From positions 1-64,000 of the forward strand of contig JBDRHP010000011.1 of assembly GCA_043816785.1 (NCBI GenBank): DNA of 64,000 bases. Direction: 5' to 3'. The position numbers were made by a program, and so were the translations under genes. Below, piece by piece: positions 38,957 to 49,153 of the stretch. Below the pieces are notes generated by a model. It saw only the letters and a program-made list of their open reading frames with translations, made no database searches and had not been told where the DNA came from. Position 1 is the stretch's first letter. Each line of letters starts with the position of its first letter. Origin of the DNA: Candidatus Margulisiibacteriota bacterium. Lineage in GTDB: Bacteria > Margulisbacteria > WOR-1 > O2-12-FULL-45-9.

Positions 38957-40153
38957 ATGAAGAAGACGCACCTGTTTACCTCAGAATCCGTTACTGAAGG
39001 CCATCCCGATAAAGTCTGCGACCAGGTTTCTGATGCCATCCTGGATACTATCATGGAAAAAGACCCCCCTGGCCGCGTGGCTGTGGAAACCCTGGTTACC
39101 AATGGCACCTGTATTGTGGCTGGAGAAATAACCACGGGCTGTTACGTTGAGATCCCCCAGATCGTTAGAAATACCATTAAGGAGATCGGTTATACCCGGG
39201 CAAAATATGGTTTTGATTATGAAACCTGCGGGGTAATGATCGCTATCCAGGGCCAGTCCAAGGATATTGCTCGCGGAGTTGATAAGGCGTTGGAGATCAG
39301 GGGTGGTGAAGTGGTGAAAGAAGACTTGGAGGGGTTAGGGGCTGGGGATCAGGGATTGATGTTCGGTTTTGCCTGTGATGAGACCGAAGAGCTGATGCCA
39401 TTGCCGATCAGTCTGGCGCATAAATTAGCCAAGAAATTAGCTGAAGTGCGCAAAACCGGGGAGCTGTCCTATTTGCGGCCAGACGGCAAATCCCAAGTAA
39501 CCATTGAGTATGAAGACGATAAGCCTGTCAGAGTACACACGGCCTTGATCGCTGCGCAGCATTCTCCTGATGTTAATACAGATAAGATAAAATCAGATAT
39601 TTTGGAACGGGTGATTATTCCCACTCTTCCCGCGGAAATGGTTGATGACAAGATAAAATATTATGTTAATCCGACCGGCAGGTTTGTGATCGGAGGACCA
39701 CAGGGAGACACGGGCGTGACCGGCCGAAAGATAATTGTTGATACCTACGGCGGCTATTCGCGCCATGGCGGCGGCGCTTTCTCAGGCAAAGACCCGACAA
39801 AAGTTGACCGCTCCGGCACTTATGCCGCGCGCTGGGTAGCGAAAAATATTGTAGCCGCTGGCCTGGCCAAAAAAGCTGAAGTCCAGCTGGCTTATGCCAT
39901 CGGCATTGCTCACCCGTTGTCTATCATGGTTGATACCTTTGGCACTGGCGAGATTCCGGATGCTAAGATCTCAAAATTAGTTGATGAGGTTTTTGATCTG
40001 CGGCCGGGTTTGATCATTAAGCATCTTAAATTACGCCGGCCGCTCTATAAGCAGGTTGCGGCCTATGGCCATTTTGGCAGGTTGGACCTCGATCTACCCT
40101 GGGAAAAAACCGATAAGGCAACGGAGTTAAAGAAGAAAGCTAGTCGCTTGTAA
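38957..40153 (+). CDS. metK: S-adenosylmethionine synthetase
   Basis: [39 protein letters not shown]. Confidence 0.98.
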   Translation: MKKTHLFTSESVTEGHPDKVCDQVSDAILDTIMEKDPPGRVAVETLVTNGTCIVAGEITTGCYVEIPQIVRNTIKEIGYTRAKYGFDYETCGVMIAIQGQSKDIARGVDKALEIRGGEVVKEDLEGLGAGDQGLMFGFACDETEELMPLPISLAHKLAKKLAEVRKTGELSYLRPDGKSQVTIEYEDDKPVRVHTALIAAQHSPDVNTDKIKSDILERVIIPTLPAEMVDDKIKYYVNPTGRFVIGGPQGDTGVTGRKIIVDTYGGYSRHGGGAFSGKDPTKVDRSGTYAARWVAKNIVAAGLAKKAEVQLAYAIGIAHPLSIMVDTFGTGEIPDAKISKLVDEVFDLRPGLIIKHLKLRRPLYKQVAAYGHFGRLDLDLPWEKTDKATELKKKASRL

Positions 40154-40160
40154 TTTTTCA

Positions 40161-40268
40161 AAGGAACCTGCGAATGAACCCTTCGACTGGCTCAGGGCAG
40201 CACCGAGCGAAGTCGAGGTGCTTCGCGGTTCCTTTTTGGAAACCTAAGACTAAACGTCTCGGTTTCCA
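40161..40268. repeat. Composite palindromic repeat (outer arms, 42-bp inner module, AGACTAAACGTCT hairpin)
   Basis: Arms plus inner module recur inverted at 49199-49272; the hairpin recurs at 49154-49183; inner module also at 45301-45342. Confidence 0.8.
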
Positions 40269-40272
40269 AAAA

Positions 40273-42963
40273 TTAATAAAGCAGATATCTTTGCCCGTAA
40301 ATGGCTTTGCCGCCGTCACTGTAATCTTCCCAGAAAACGTAAAAACTATCGTTATTTGGGGTTGCTACGATCTTTGGCGCCCGGCCGCCGTCTTTTGATT
40401 TGATCTTGAAACCGTTTTCTTCCCAGATCGGATTACCATTGCTATCCAATCTCTGGACAAATATCTCGTAGAATTGTCCGGTGCGATAGTCTTCCCAGAC
40501 GATCAATACGCTGTTGTTTTTCCAGGGAATGACCTGAGGCGAGTACTGGGTATGAGGCAGGCTAACTACTGGGAGGCCCTCGGCTTTCCAGAGGAGCTTG
40601 CCAGCAGGCGAAACAGCGTTCGCAAAAATATCCCAATTGCCGTAACGGTAATCTTCCCAGACCAGGACATTGCTATTGCCAAATTGAGCATTTTGCTGCG
40701 TCCGGCTTAATTGGTTGATCGGGATTCCGTCGGTCATCCAGACCGGTTTACCTGCTTTATTTATTCGCTGGGCATAAATATCGTAGCTGCCGCCGCCTTT
40801 GTCGGTCCAGGAAATAATTGCTCCGCCAGTGCCGTCTCTAACTACTTTGGGAGTGTGCTGAACATCAGGAGCTCCGCAAACCAGCACGCCATCCTCCTGC
40901 CAGAGAACCTTCCCTTGGGTGTTGATCCGCTGAGCATAAATATCCGGGTTCCTGTCGCCGCGGCGAAAATCAGTCCAGGCCAGGATCGCGCCGCCAGCGT
41001 TATCTGAGATCATATCTGCGTCAACTTGCTCTCCATTGGCCGAGATAACAATCTTGCCTTTGCTGCCCCAGAGAAGATTGCCTTTGCTGGAGATCCGTTG
41101 GGCATAAATATCATCAAGACTTAAAGCATCCCGACCATCACACCAGGCAATGATTGCTCCGCCGGCACCATCGGAGATCATCAATGGCTTGGTCTGCCGC
41201 GAGTTAACCTGGGCAACAGGTAAGCTGCTTTCCCAGAGCCGCTTGCCGCTCGAACTCAAGCGCTGAAGACGAATAGAGGGTGAGCCATCAATGCGATGGT
41301 CTTCCCAGGCGACATAAGCCCCGCCTTGGCCATCAGGGACCACCCGCGGCTCAGTTTGATTAGCAGCAACATTTGCGATCGCAATGCCGTCAGCTCCCCA
41401 GGCGAGGATGCCGGCCTTGGTGATCTTTTGGGCGTAAATATTAAAATACCCGTGACGGCCGTCCTCAAAGACCAGAATGATCTCATCCATGCCATTTTGT
41501 GTCAGCTGCACGTTTTGCTGCACGACTGAACCTTGGGCTGCGCAAACCAAGACGCCATCTTTTTGCCAGAGCAAAGTGCCGGCAGAAGATATCTTCTGTG
41601 AATAAATGTCAAAATTTCCAGTTCGCTTATCCCCCCAGGCAACCACAGCGTCCCCCTTCGGCGAAGCGGCAACTGCCGCGGACTTTTGACTTTCCCTGGC
41701 CGAAGCTATTGGGATACCTCGCTGGTCCCAGACAGGAGTGCCGGCACTGTTGACCTTTTGGGCAAAGAGGTCAACCTTTCTTTTGCCGATCTGTTCATCT
41801 TCCCAGACAATGATCCACTCCTCATTTTTCAGCTTGGCAATAACAGGATTCTTTTGTTCGCCAAAGGCCCGACAGACCGGCCGGCCGTTTTCTGACCAGG
41901 CGATCTGGCCGTTGCTGTAGATCCTTTGCGCGTAAATATCACCTTTTTCTTCTCGCTGGTCTTCCCAGGCAATGATCACCCCGCCAGAATCATCTATTGC
42001 CAGTTGGGCATTTTGCTGTGGATAAGGATAAATGCAAACAGCCACACCATCTTTTTCCCAAAGGATCTGGCCGTTGAGCGCTATTTTCTGAGCGTAAATA
42101 TCGATATTGTTAGCGCGGGAATCATTCCAGGCGATGATCGCGCCATTGGACGTTTGCTGAATGACTGGTTGTTCTTGATTATGGGGTGCTGAGCAGATTG
42201 GAATGCCGTCCTTTTCCCAATAGGCTTTACCAGACGGGCTGATGCGCTGCGCGTAGATATCGTTGTTTGAAGAGCTGGCCCGGCCGTCTGTCCAGGCAAT
42301 AATTGCTCCGCCGCCGCCATCACTGGCAATCTTGGGATACCATTGTGTGCCAGTGGCTACAGAAACTGGTGAGCCATCTTTTTCCCAAAGAACTTTTCCT
42401 TGACTGTCGATCCTTTGAGCGTAAATATCTTCCCCTGTGCCGCTGCGATAATCATGCCAGGTAATGATCGCGCCGCCAAAGCCATCTAAGACAATTTCGG
42501 GAGCGAACTGCCCTGCCGCAGCAGTGCAAATTGCTATGCCGCCCTTGCCCCAAACGGGTTTTCCATCGTAGGTTATGCGCTGCGCAAAGATGTCGGAATT
42601 TCCCTGGCGATAATCTTGCCAAACAACAATCACGCCGCCGGCGCTGTCGCTGGCGGCCTTGGGAAAATTCTGATTACCAGGGGAATTACAGGCAGCGACA
42701 CCGTTTTTTTGCCAGAGCAGCTTGCCGGACCCGTCAACCTTCTGGGCATAAACATCATAGAAACCAGCCCGGCCGTCTTCCCAAATAATCGTATAGCCGC
42801 CGTAGCCGTCACTTATGATTTGGGGGTTTTCTTGAGGCGTGTTGCCGGTCGTGTCATTGACCACGATGCCGTAGGTTGACCAGATGGCTTGGGGCTCTTC
42901 TTGTGCTTGGGCGGGAAGCAGAAAATAACCAATAATCAACAACCAAGCAATAAGCAGCTTCAT
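40273..42963 (-). CDS. Exported repeat protein, probable multi-blade beta-propeller
   Basis: Signal peptide; about 14 repeats of roughly 60 aa: SDG.GG.I..W.D.R....DIYAQRI...G..LW..DG..V. Confidence 0.75.
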   Translation of the reverse strand: MKLLIAWLLIIGYFLLPAQAQEEPQAIWSTYGIVVNDTTGNTPQENPQIISDGYGGYTIIWEDGRAGFYDVYAQKVDGSGKLLWQKNGVAACNSPGNQNFPKAASDSAGGVIVVWQDYRQGNSDIFAQRITYDGKPVWGKGGIAICTAAAGQFAPEIVLDGFGGAIITWHDYRSGTGEDIYAQRIDSQGKVLWEKDGSPVSVATGTQWYPKIASDGGGGAIIAWTDGRASSSNNDIYAQRISPSGKAYWEKDGIPICSAPHNQEQPVIQQTSNGAIIAWNDSRANNIDIYAQKIALNGQILWEKDGVAVCIYPYPQQNAQLAIDDSGGVIIAWEDQREEKGDIYAQRIYSNGQIAWSENGRPVCRAFGEQKNPVIAKLKNEEWIIVWEDEQIGKRKVDLFAQKVNSAGTPVWDQRGIPIASARESQKSAAVAASPKGDAVVAWGDKRTGNFDIYSQKISSAGTLLWQKDGVLVCAAQGSVVQQNVQLTQNGMDEIILVFEDGRHGYFNIYAQKITKAGILAWGADGIAIANVAANQTEPRVVPDGQGGAYVAWEDHRIDGSPSIRLQRLSSSGKRLWESSLPVAQVNSRQTKPLMISDGAGGAIIAWCDGRDALSLDDIYAQRISSKGNLLWGSKGKIVISANGEQVDADMISDNAGGAILAWTDFRRGDRNPDIYAQRINTQGKVLWQEDGVLVCGAPDVQHTPKVVRDGTGGAIISWTDKGGGSYDIYAQRINKAGKPVWMTDGIPINQLSRTQQNAQFGNSNVLVWEDYRYGNWDIFANAVSPAGKLLWKAEGLPVVSLPHTQYSPQVIPWKNNSVLIVWEDYRTGQFYEIFVQRLDSNGNPIWEENGFKIKSKDGGRAPKIVATPNNDSFYVFWEDYSDGGKAIYGQRYLLY

Positions 42964-45203
42964 TATGCGACAGCCTCGGTGAGTTTCATGGAGATAACTT
43001 TAGATACGCCGGGTTCTTCCATGGTTACACCGTAGATGCTGTCAGCCACCGCCATGGTCCGCTTGTTATGGGTGATGACGATAATTTGACTGTGGCCAGA
43101 GAAATCCTTGAGCATCTCGGCAAAGCGGCCGATGTTGGCATCGTCTAAGGCAGCGTCAACTTCATCCATAAAACAGAAGGGGCTGGGGCGGATCTTAAGC
43201 AAAGAGAAAAGAATCGCAATAGCTGAAAGTGATCGTTCACCGCCAGACAGCAGCGGCAGCGGCAGCCATTTACGGCCGGAAGGCCTGACCGAGATCTCGA
43301 CTTCAGCTTCAAGCGAAGGCACCCCGGCAGTCAGGGCGATCTTGGCCTCGCCGCCGGCAAAAAGTTTGGCAAAGGTCTCGGAAAAAATCGTAGAGAGTTT
43401 ATCCATGGTTTCCACAAACGTTTGTTCTGCTTTTAGATCTAGCTCGATGATCAGACTATTTAAGTTTTCGCGGGCAGAATTGAGGTCAGCCAGCTGGGCT
43501 TCGATAAAGGAAAGTCTTTCATTTTCTTTTTCGAATTCTTCAATTGCCAGCAAGTTAACCGGTTCAAGGTCGCGCAGCCTGGCTTTGCCAACCTCGATTT
43601 CCTTTTTGGCCTGGGAGGCGTTGGCCACTTCGTGAGGCAAGTTGGCGAGATCCTCAAGCGTTAAGTCGTATTCCAGTGAGAGCCGGTCGCGGGTGGCGCT
43701 CATTTCTCCTTCTAATTTAGCCAAAGAGATCTCTAGGCCAGTTTCTTCATTAAGGCTTTTCTTTTCAACCTGGTCTTCCTCTCTGATCTTTTGCTCTAGG
43801 AAAGCAATCTTGTTGCCGATGTTTTCCTTTTCCTGTCTTTTCTGCGCCAGGAGGCTTAAGGCCTCCTGTTTGGTTTTGGCTTGTTCGACTTTGCTGTTTA
43901 AGTTCTCCAGCTGGACGCGGTGGGCCTGAGACGCGAACTCAACCTTGGCTTTTTGTTCGGCCAGCCTTTTGGCTTCTTCATCAAGCATTTCCAGTTTTAG
44001 TTTATAGGCTTCTTTTTTATCAGCTGAGGCGCCGACGGTCAGAGATAAGGCTGAACCTTTGTCCAGGGCAGCCAGCATTGAGGCAAGAAGCTCAACCAGG
44101 TTTTTTGTTTGTTCCACCAGCACCGAGAGCGTTTCGGCCAACGGGGAATCACCCAGATCAAAACCAGCCTGCTCCTTGGCCAGCTGGCTTCCCAGCTCTG
44201 CGATCTTTTGGTGGATCTCTGCTTGCCGATTGGCCAGTTCTTCCAGCGTTTTTTCTTCTCTTTTCTGTTCACCTTCAGTGAAGCGCCGGTCAAGTTCGAT
44301 GTCGCGCAACCGATCTTTTTCTTCATCCAGCTTGATCATGATCTCATCAATTTCCCGCTCCAGGGAGCGATGCGTGTCCTTTAATGTTTGTAATTCACCG
44401 AAGTCCTTTTCCTCTGTTTCTTTTTTGAGTTGTGATTCCTGGCGGACTTTCTCTAATTCAGCCAGGAGTTTGTCTCTTTTCTCAAAAATGTTCGTTAACA
44501 GGCGCTTGCTCAGGCCCAGATCAAGGTCTTTGACTTTGGTCTGGACTTCCAAGTATTCCTTAGCCGCTTTGGCTTGTTCTTCCAGGGTGATCAAGTGCTC
44601 GGCAACCTCGATCTTTAGGTCGCTGATCCTTAGGATGTTTTGTTCCGCGGCGATCAATTTTTTCTCGGCCGAATATTTTCTGGTCTTATATTTATTAATG
44701 CCAGCGGCTTCCTCAAAAACCGCGCGGCGCTCTTCGCCTTTACTGGAAAGGATGGCATCAACCTTGCCCTGGGTAATGATCGAATATGTCCCTTCGCCCA
44801 GCCCGGTGTCCAGCAGCAGGTCTTTAATGTCTTTTAATCGGCACTTGTTTTTATTGATCAAGAATTCACTTTCGTCTTCGCGGTAAGTGCGGCGTTTAAT
44901 GGCAACTTCAGTGAAGGAGACCGGTAGTTTGCCTGCGGAATTGTCAAAAACCATGGCAACTTCAGCCAGGGACAGGGATTTGCGGGCAGCAGTGCCGGCA
45001 AAGATGATGTTGGAAAGATTGGCGACCCTTAGTTCGCGCGGATTATCTTCGCCCAGGACCCAGCGGGTGGCGTCCAAGAGATTGCTTTTGCCACAGCCGT
45101 TCGGTCCGACAATGGCGGTGATCCGGGCATCGGAAGAAAACTCGATCTCCGTTTGATCGGCAAAGGTCTTGAAGCCGCGCAAGATTAAGGATTTGAGGAA
45201 CAT
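42963..45203 (-). CDS. smc: SMC-family ATPase, shortened (746 aa)
   Basis: GFKTF, GPNGCGKSN, ITQG, FEEAAGI, PVNLLAIEE, LSGGE, DEVDAALD, ITH, GVTM.E.GVS. Confidence 0.9.
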   Translation of the reverse strand: MFLKSLILRGFKTFADQTEIEFSSDARITAIVGPNGCGKSNLLDATRWVLGEDNPRELRVANLSNIIFAGTAARKSLSLAEVAMVFDNSAGKLPVSFTEVAIKRRTYREDESEFLINKNKCRLKDIKDLLLDTGLGEGTYSIITQGKVDAILSSKGEERRAVFEEAAGINKYKTRKYSAEKKLIAAEQNILRISDLKIEVAEHLITLEEQAKAAKEYLEVQTKVKDLDLGLSKRLLTNIFEKRDKLLAELEKVRQESQLKKETEEKDFGELQTLKDTHRSLEREIDEIMIKLDEEKDRLRDIELDRRFTEGEQKREEKTLEELANRQAEIHQKIAELGSQLAKEQAGFDLGDSPLAETLSVLVEQTKNLVELLASMLAALDKGSALSLTVGASADKKEAYKLKLEMLDEEAKRLAEQKAKVEFASQAHRVQLENLNSKVEQAKTKQEALSLLAQKRQEKENIGNKIAFLEQKIREEDQVEKKSLNEETGLEISLAKLEGEMSATRDRLSLEYDLTLEDLANLPHEVANASQAKKEIEVGKARLRDLEPVNLLAIEEFEKENERLSFIEAQLADLNSARENLNSLIIELDLKAEQTFVETMDKLSTIFSETFAKLFAGGEAKIALTAGVPSLEAEVEISVRPSGRKWLPLPLLSGGERSLSAIAILFSLLKIRPSPFCFMDEVDAALDDANIGRFAEMLKDFSGHSQIIVITHNKRTMAVADSIYGVTMEEPGVSKVISMKLTEAVA

Positions 45204-45270
45204 CTTGCATTAATAATAACATAAAATCGATTCTGGGGGCAACTAAGCGAAATGATGTTCTTAAGTGTTG

Positions 45271-45371
45271 AGGGGAGCCTCCCTGAGCGACTCGATTGAG
45301 CACCTCGACTTCGCTCAGTGCTGCCCTGAGCTTGTCGAAGGGCTCGTCGAAGTCTTGTCGAAGGCCCCCTT
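45271..45371. repeat. Nested palindromic repeat cluster
   Basis: Inner module CACCTCGACTTCGCTCAGTGCTGCCCTGAGCTTGTCGAAGGG (45301-45342) inside a related CCCTGAGCGA...TTGTCGAAGG element. Confidence 0.75.
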
Positions 45372-45377
45372 ATTTAA

Positions 45378-46487
45378 TTATCCAGAATAATATTGGGCTG
45401 TGTTCACGTTCCCTACAGCTCTCATCACGTCAACCGCTTTTTGGTAAGCGGCTTCCTCTGCGGCTTTTACAGAAGTCTCATCCATCCACCGCAACATCTC
45501 ATCAATCACAGCTAGTTTTTTGCGGCCAACTTTTGGGCGAGTCCCTTGCTCATTGCCAGTGGCCATATTTAATACTTGCTGCCAACCCGGGACCGCTTTT
45601 ATCATGGCTTCATAAAGAACGGTCGCATAGTTAAGCTTTTGGAACCCGCCTTTTAATGATGTTCTGGCCAGGTCATGCAAGGCAAATCCTGAACCGCCAT
45701 GTAAATTAACCGGCATTTCCGGGAGCGCATTTCTAACTGCGAAGAGCCGGTCTTCTTCCATGACTGAGCTTCCGGGAAGAGCCCCATGCACGTTCTTGGA
45801 GAGGGTCACCACCAAAACATCTACCCCGGTTTCCTTGGCAAACCGGATCGCTTTAGCTGGATCGGTCGGCTCCGCAACGTCCACCAGCTCGATCTCACCT
45901 TCAATTCCGACTCCTTTAGGATGAGCATAGTTGACCCAGTCGCGAGCAGTGCCAGTAAGCTGTTCCCAATCCTTCATCTTTCCGCCATCAAAAGCAGCGG
46001 AAGTGAACCCTGCCTGAACGCCGGCTTCTAAAATATTTTTCCTGGCGCCGTGGTCATAATGTATCGCGATCGGGATCCCCGCCATATCGAGACTTTCATA
46101 GACCGCAAAGATATGCTGCACAAAATCTTCCAAGCCTGCCTGGATCCCCTCGGCGCTAAAACCGTGCCTGGAAAGAACGCCGGTATAGGGAGAGCCTTCC
46201 TTTCCAAGCTCACTATCCGCGATCTCCAAAAGGACCGGAGCTTCCAGGTCTCTGGCCGCCCGAAGGACTGGTGTCACAGTTGAAGGGCCGATGTATCCGG
46301 CTTCCCAGCCTTCTGCCGGTTTCAAAGGAAAATTCCTGATGTTGAAGGCTAAGACCGCAAAGTTACCCTTCGCGATCGGCTGTCTATACATCTCGCCAAA
46401 CCCCATGGTCCTGATGTTTCTTCCTCTTTTCATCTGAGCTAATGTTGGATGCGCTGATAATGGTGCTAATTGAATTATTCCTGGCAT
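45378..46487 (-). CDS. Class II fructose/tagatose-bisphosphate aldolase-like, divergent, with N-terminal extension
   Basis: AVLAFN, IHYDHG, FDG, EGEI, NVHG, LHGGSG, KLNYAT. Confidence 0.8.
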   Translation of the reverse strand: MPGIIQLAPLSAHPTLAQMKRGRNIRTMGFGEMYRQPIAKGNFAVLAFNIRNFPLKPAEGWEAGYIGPSTVTPVLRAARDLEAPVLLEIADSELGKEGSPYTGVLSRHGFSAEGIQAGLEDFVQHIFAVYESLDMAGIPIAIHYDHGARKNILEAGVQAGFTSAAFDGGKMKDWEQLTGTARDWVNYAHPKGVGIEGEIELVDVAEPTDPAKAIRFAKETGVDVLVVTLSKNVHGALPGSSVMEEDRLFAVRNALPEMPVNLHGGSGFALHDLARTSLKGGFQKLNYATVLYEAMIKAVPGWQQVLNMATGNEQGTRPKVGRKKLAVIDEMLRWMDETSVKAAEEAAYQKAVDVMRAVGNVNTAQYYSG

Positions 46488-46579
46488 TTTCTTTTCCTCC
46501 TTAGTTTAATAATCTCATTGGATTTTTATTTTTGAAACAATTTTGATTCTTCTCACCACCCCCTTAAATTAAATCATTT

Positions 46580-47629
46580 TTATTTATCCTCGACAAAGCG
46601 AACCGCATAGTCGGGGTCGTGAGGGCTAGGGTAGCGGTAGATACGGTAGCCGCTGCGCAGGCGGCGAAGAACAAATTCGCCCGGATACTTTTCATGCTCC
46701 GTTTCTGTCCATATCCAATAGCCTGTGCCTTCTAACTGATCTCCTAGCAATCTGTTTAGGTCCAACAATTCTGGTTCGGTTGAGATCCTGATTTTACTGC
46801 CAGGGTTTTGCTCATTTGTCTCTGCGGCAACCTTTCTGCCATTCGATAAACTTCCGGGAACAACACCCTTCGCGACCCTAAAAGGCAGGCGGGAGTCATC
46901 GATCATTTCAGGGATTTCTATTTTGGGCTTTGATCCGGCAGCAACCTGAGAAGGTTTGTCAACTTTGTCTGCGTAGTGAAAGGGGGCGCCAAATCCCAAT
47001 TCTATTTTAACGCTCTCTTTTTCCTCCTCTTTAAGACCGCACACGCTTGCTTTACGACCAAAAACAGATTTGGAAAGAAAAAGCGATATCTCTTGCTTTT
47101 CACTTCGCGTTAATTCCAACGATTGCCGGAGAGGTGTTGTCATTGTGCCTATGCCATTATAGTTTCCGTTTTCATCGCGCTCGAGCAAGACCGAAGCGAT
47201 CTTTTTACTATCTTTCAATCCTTTAAATATATCTAAATTCCCCTCTTCTTCAAATCTCATGATAAATTTAGAGGCACATGCAAGAAACGTCTTGGCAGCC
47301 TCAGGCCCCGAAAAAAACGCTTTAACATCCTCTGGATGACGAAAAATGGGAGCCATCCTGGCAGCCTCAATTCCTGAAATAAACTCTTTAACGGCCGCTG
47401 GATTACCATCAAGTCCAAGGCCGGCAAAATCATTTTCACTTTTAAATGCAATTTTTGTCCAAACATCCTTTTCTGTATCTGCCAGTAAAAACCGTCCGTT
47501 ACGCGAAACACCTTTCAAGCCCTGCAAGTATCGGAGCCTATGTACCTCAGCGAAATTTCTGAACCCCGCCGGCCCCAATTTGTCATGTATCCCTTCAATC
47601 TTTCCGTATCTGGCTAATCCTAGCTTCAT
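46580..47629 (-). CDS. Orphan protein with C-terminal DGR-type variable region (CLec-like end)
   Basis: Ends WIWTE...VLRRLRSGYRIYRYPSPHDPDYAVRFVEDK; codons 46598-46672 almost all end in C/T. Confidence 0.65.
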   Translation of the reverse strand: MKLGLARYGKIEGIHDKLGPAGFRNFAEVHRLRYLQGLKGVSRNGRFLLADTEKDVWTKIAFKSENDFAGLGLDGNPAAVKEFISGIEAARMAPIFRHPEDVKAFFSGPEAAKTFLACASKFIMRFEEEGNLDIFKGLKDSKKIASVLLERDENGNYNGIGTMTTPLRQSLELTRSEKQEISLFLSKSVFGRKASVCGLKEEEKESVKIELGFGAPFHYADKVDKPSQVAAGSKPKIEIPEMIDDSRLPFRVAKGVVPGSLSNGRKVAAETNEQNPGSKIRISTEPELLDLNRLLGDQLEGTGYWIWTETEHEKYPGEFVLRRLRSGYRIYRYPSPHDPDYAVRFVEDK

Positions 47630-47630
47630 T

Positions 47631-48281
47631 TTATTTCCCTCCTCCTAAATCGCCCCCGCGGATGGCTATGTGCAGGGCGGATAAGGCTTCATAGATCTTT
47701 TCAGCTTCGATTTTTGTCTGTACTTGCGGATGTAGCTCTAAAGGAAGCTCGGCTCTATTTTGTGCTTTTTCACTTAAATCTCTTGAAAAATCTGCTTTCT
47801 TATATGACCCTCTGGGGCATAAAAGCAAGTCAAGAATCCTGTTAAAAATTGAAAATGAATTGTCGGTAGGCGTATGTGGGAGAGGGGTGGCTAAAGAATC
47901 CCCCTCTTTTAGGTCTAATTCCTTGATCTCAAGTTTTTCTCCAGAACGAACTTCTGGCCCTGCAGCTTTCATATATAAATAATCGGTTCCAGTGGCCGTG
48001 CCTCTCTTAACATCCAGGGATATCTCAACCTGACGTTCCTGAATCGTTGTCAGCAGAGAGGCTATAAGGGGAGTATAAGCGAGAACGTCTTGCGTCAGCT
48101 CAAATCTTAACTTAATATTGTTGGTCTCAGCGAGCGGCCTGGCATCTAAAATTGCTTCCTGTATAATTCCGCCATTTTCAGTGCGCCCCCTGGCATCTGT
48201 TCTTTTGATATATTGCATCTTTTTTAAGACAGCAATTCTATTTTTGGGAAGCCAAGGTGTTATTCTGGGAATTTTTGGCAT
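47631..48281 (-). CDS. Hypothetical protein
   Basis: 216-aa ORF co-directional with its neighbours, 1-nt gap to the next gene; basic Pro-rich N-terminus. Confidence 0.65.
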   Translation of the reverse strand: MPKIPRITPWLPKNRIAVLKKMQYIKRTDARGRTENGGIIQEAILDARPLAETNNIKLRFELTQDVLAYTPLIASLLTTIQERQVEISLDVKRGTATGTDYLYMKAAGPEVRSGEKLEIKELDLKEGDSLATPLPHTPTDNSFSIFNRILDLLLCPRGSYKKADFSRDLSEKAQNRAELPLELHPQVQTKIEAEKIYEALSALHIAIRGGDLGGGK

Positions 48282-48356
48282 TTTATTTTCCTTTTTTCCG
48301 GGATGATTCCCAGATAATGCTGGGAACCACCCCGCTTTATATTTCCGGAAACTTAC

Positions 48357-48944
48357 TCACTTCTTTTTAAGATTGAGTATTTGTGAATAGTCGGCAAAAG
48401 TGGAATGTTCTCCGCCCATGGGCGCGCCCTTATCAAAGAAGTTCCTGATTTCAGTGTCTCCCTCGCTGATAGAGCCTGCCGCCTTTGACGTTGCAGAATC
48501 GACCGCATTCATTAATTGGGTCCGTCTGCTTGGGCTTGAAATAATTCCGATCCTTAATTTGTGATGAGCCTTTGGATCTTCCAGGCTCAGGTTGTGCAGC
48601 GTTTTAGCTGCTCGCTCCACATCTATTGTGTCAGTGTGGGTAATCCCAGCAAAACTAGCAATGGCTTCGCCGAATCTGTTTGTTGATTTAACCCCTTTTG
48701 CGGCCAGGGCTCCGGATGAAACAAGAAGTCCTGTTGCCACGATGGCTAAAGCTCCCAGATCACTTCCGGATATGGCTATTGCAATAGCCGCAGCGGCGGT
48801 CGCAATGTTGGGTCCATAATAGCGGAGAAGGGAATTCTTAATCCCGCCCCCCAAAATTCGAACCCTTTTTTGAGAATATGCCCGGGCCTTGCTAGCGAAA
48901 ATATTGCCTGCTCTTAAGTTGGCTGTATTTAATGCTATTGGCAT
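48357..48944 (-). CDS. Hypothetical protein with bilobed hydrophobic segment
   Basis: GGGAGGTG SD before ATG 48944; IATAAAAIAIAISGSDLGALAIVATGLLVSSGALAA. Confidence 0.65.
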   Translation of the reverse strand: MPIALNTANLRAGNIFASKARAYSQKRVRILGGGIKNSLLRYYGPNIATAAAAIAIAISGSDLGALAIVATGLLVSSGALAAKGVKSTNRFGEAIASFAGITHTDTIDVERAAKTLHNLSLEDPKAHHKLRIGIISSPSRRTQLMNAVDSATSKAAGSISEGDTEIRNFFDKGAPMGGEHSTFADYSQILNLKKK

Positions 48945-49153
48945 TTTTTTCACCTCCCTTTATGTTCCATTCATATCTCACCTAAATTTCAGGCTGATTT
49001 CGGTGATTAAGTTTAGCTAAATTTTATATAGCTAATTTTTTAGTATAAGAGCCATGAATAATACGATTGGAATTAATTAAAATCGCATAAATTCGCATAA
49101 AATTTTTATAAAAAAGTGAAATTTTCTATAGGAAAAGGTGATAAATTAGCAGA

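Noticed and set aside
48990..49030. Sigma28-like promoter for the 45-49 kb orphan run
   Set aside because: Best match AAAATT-N14-ACCGAAAT has a spacer one base longer in very AT-rich DNA; too weak to list as a feature.
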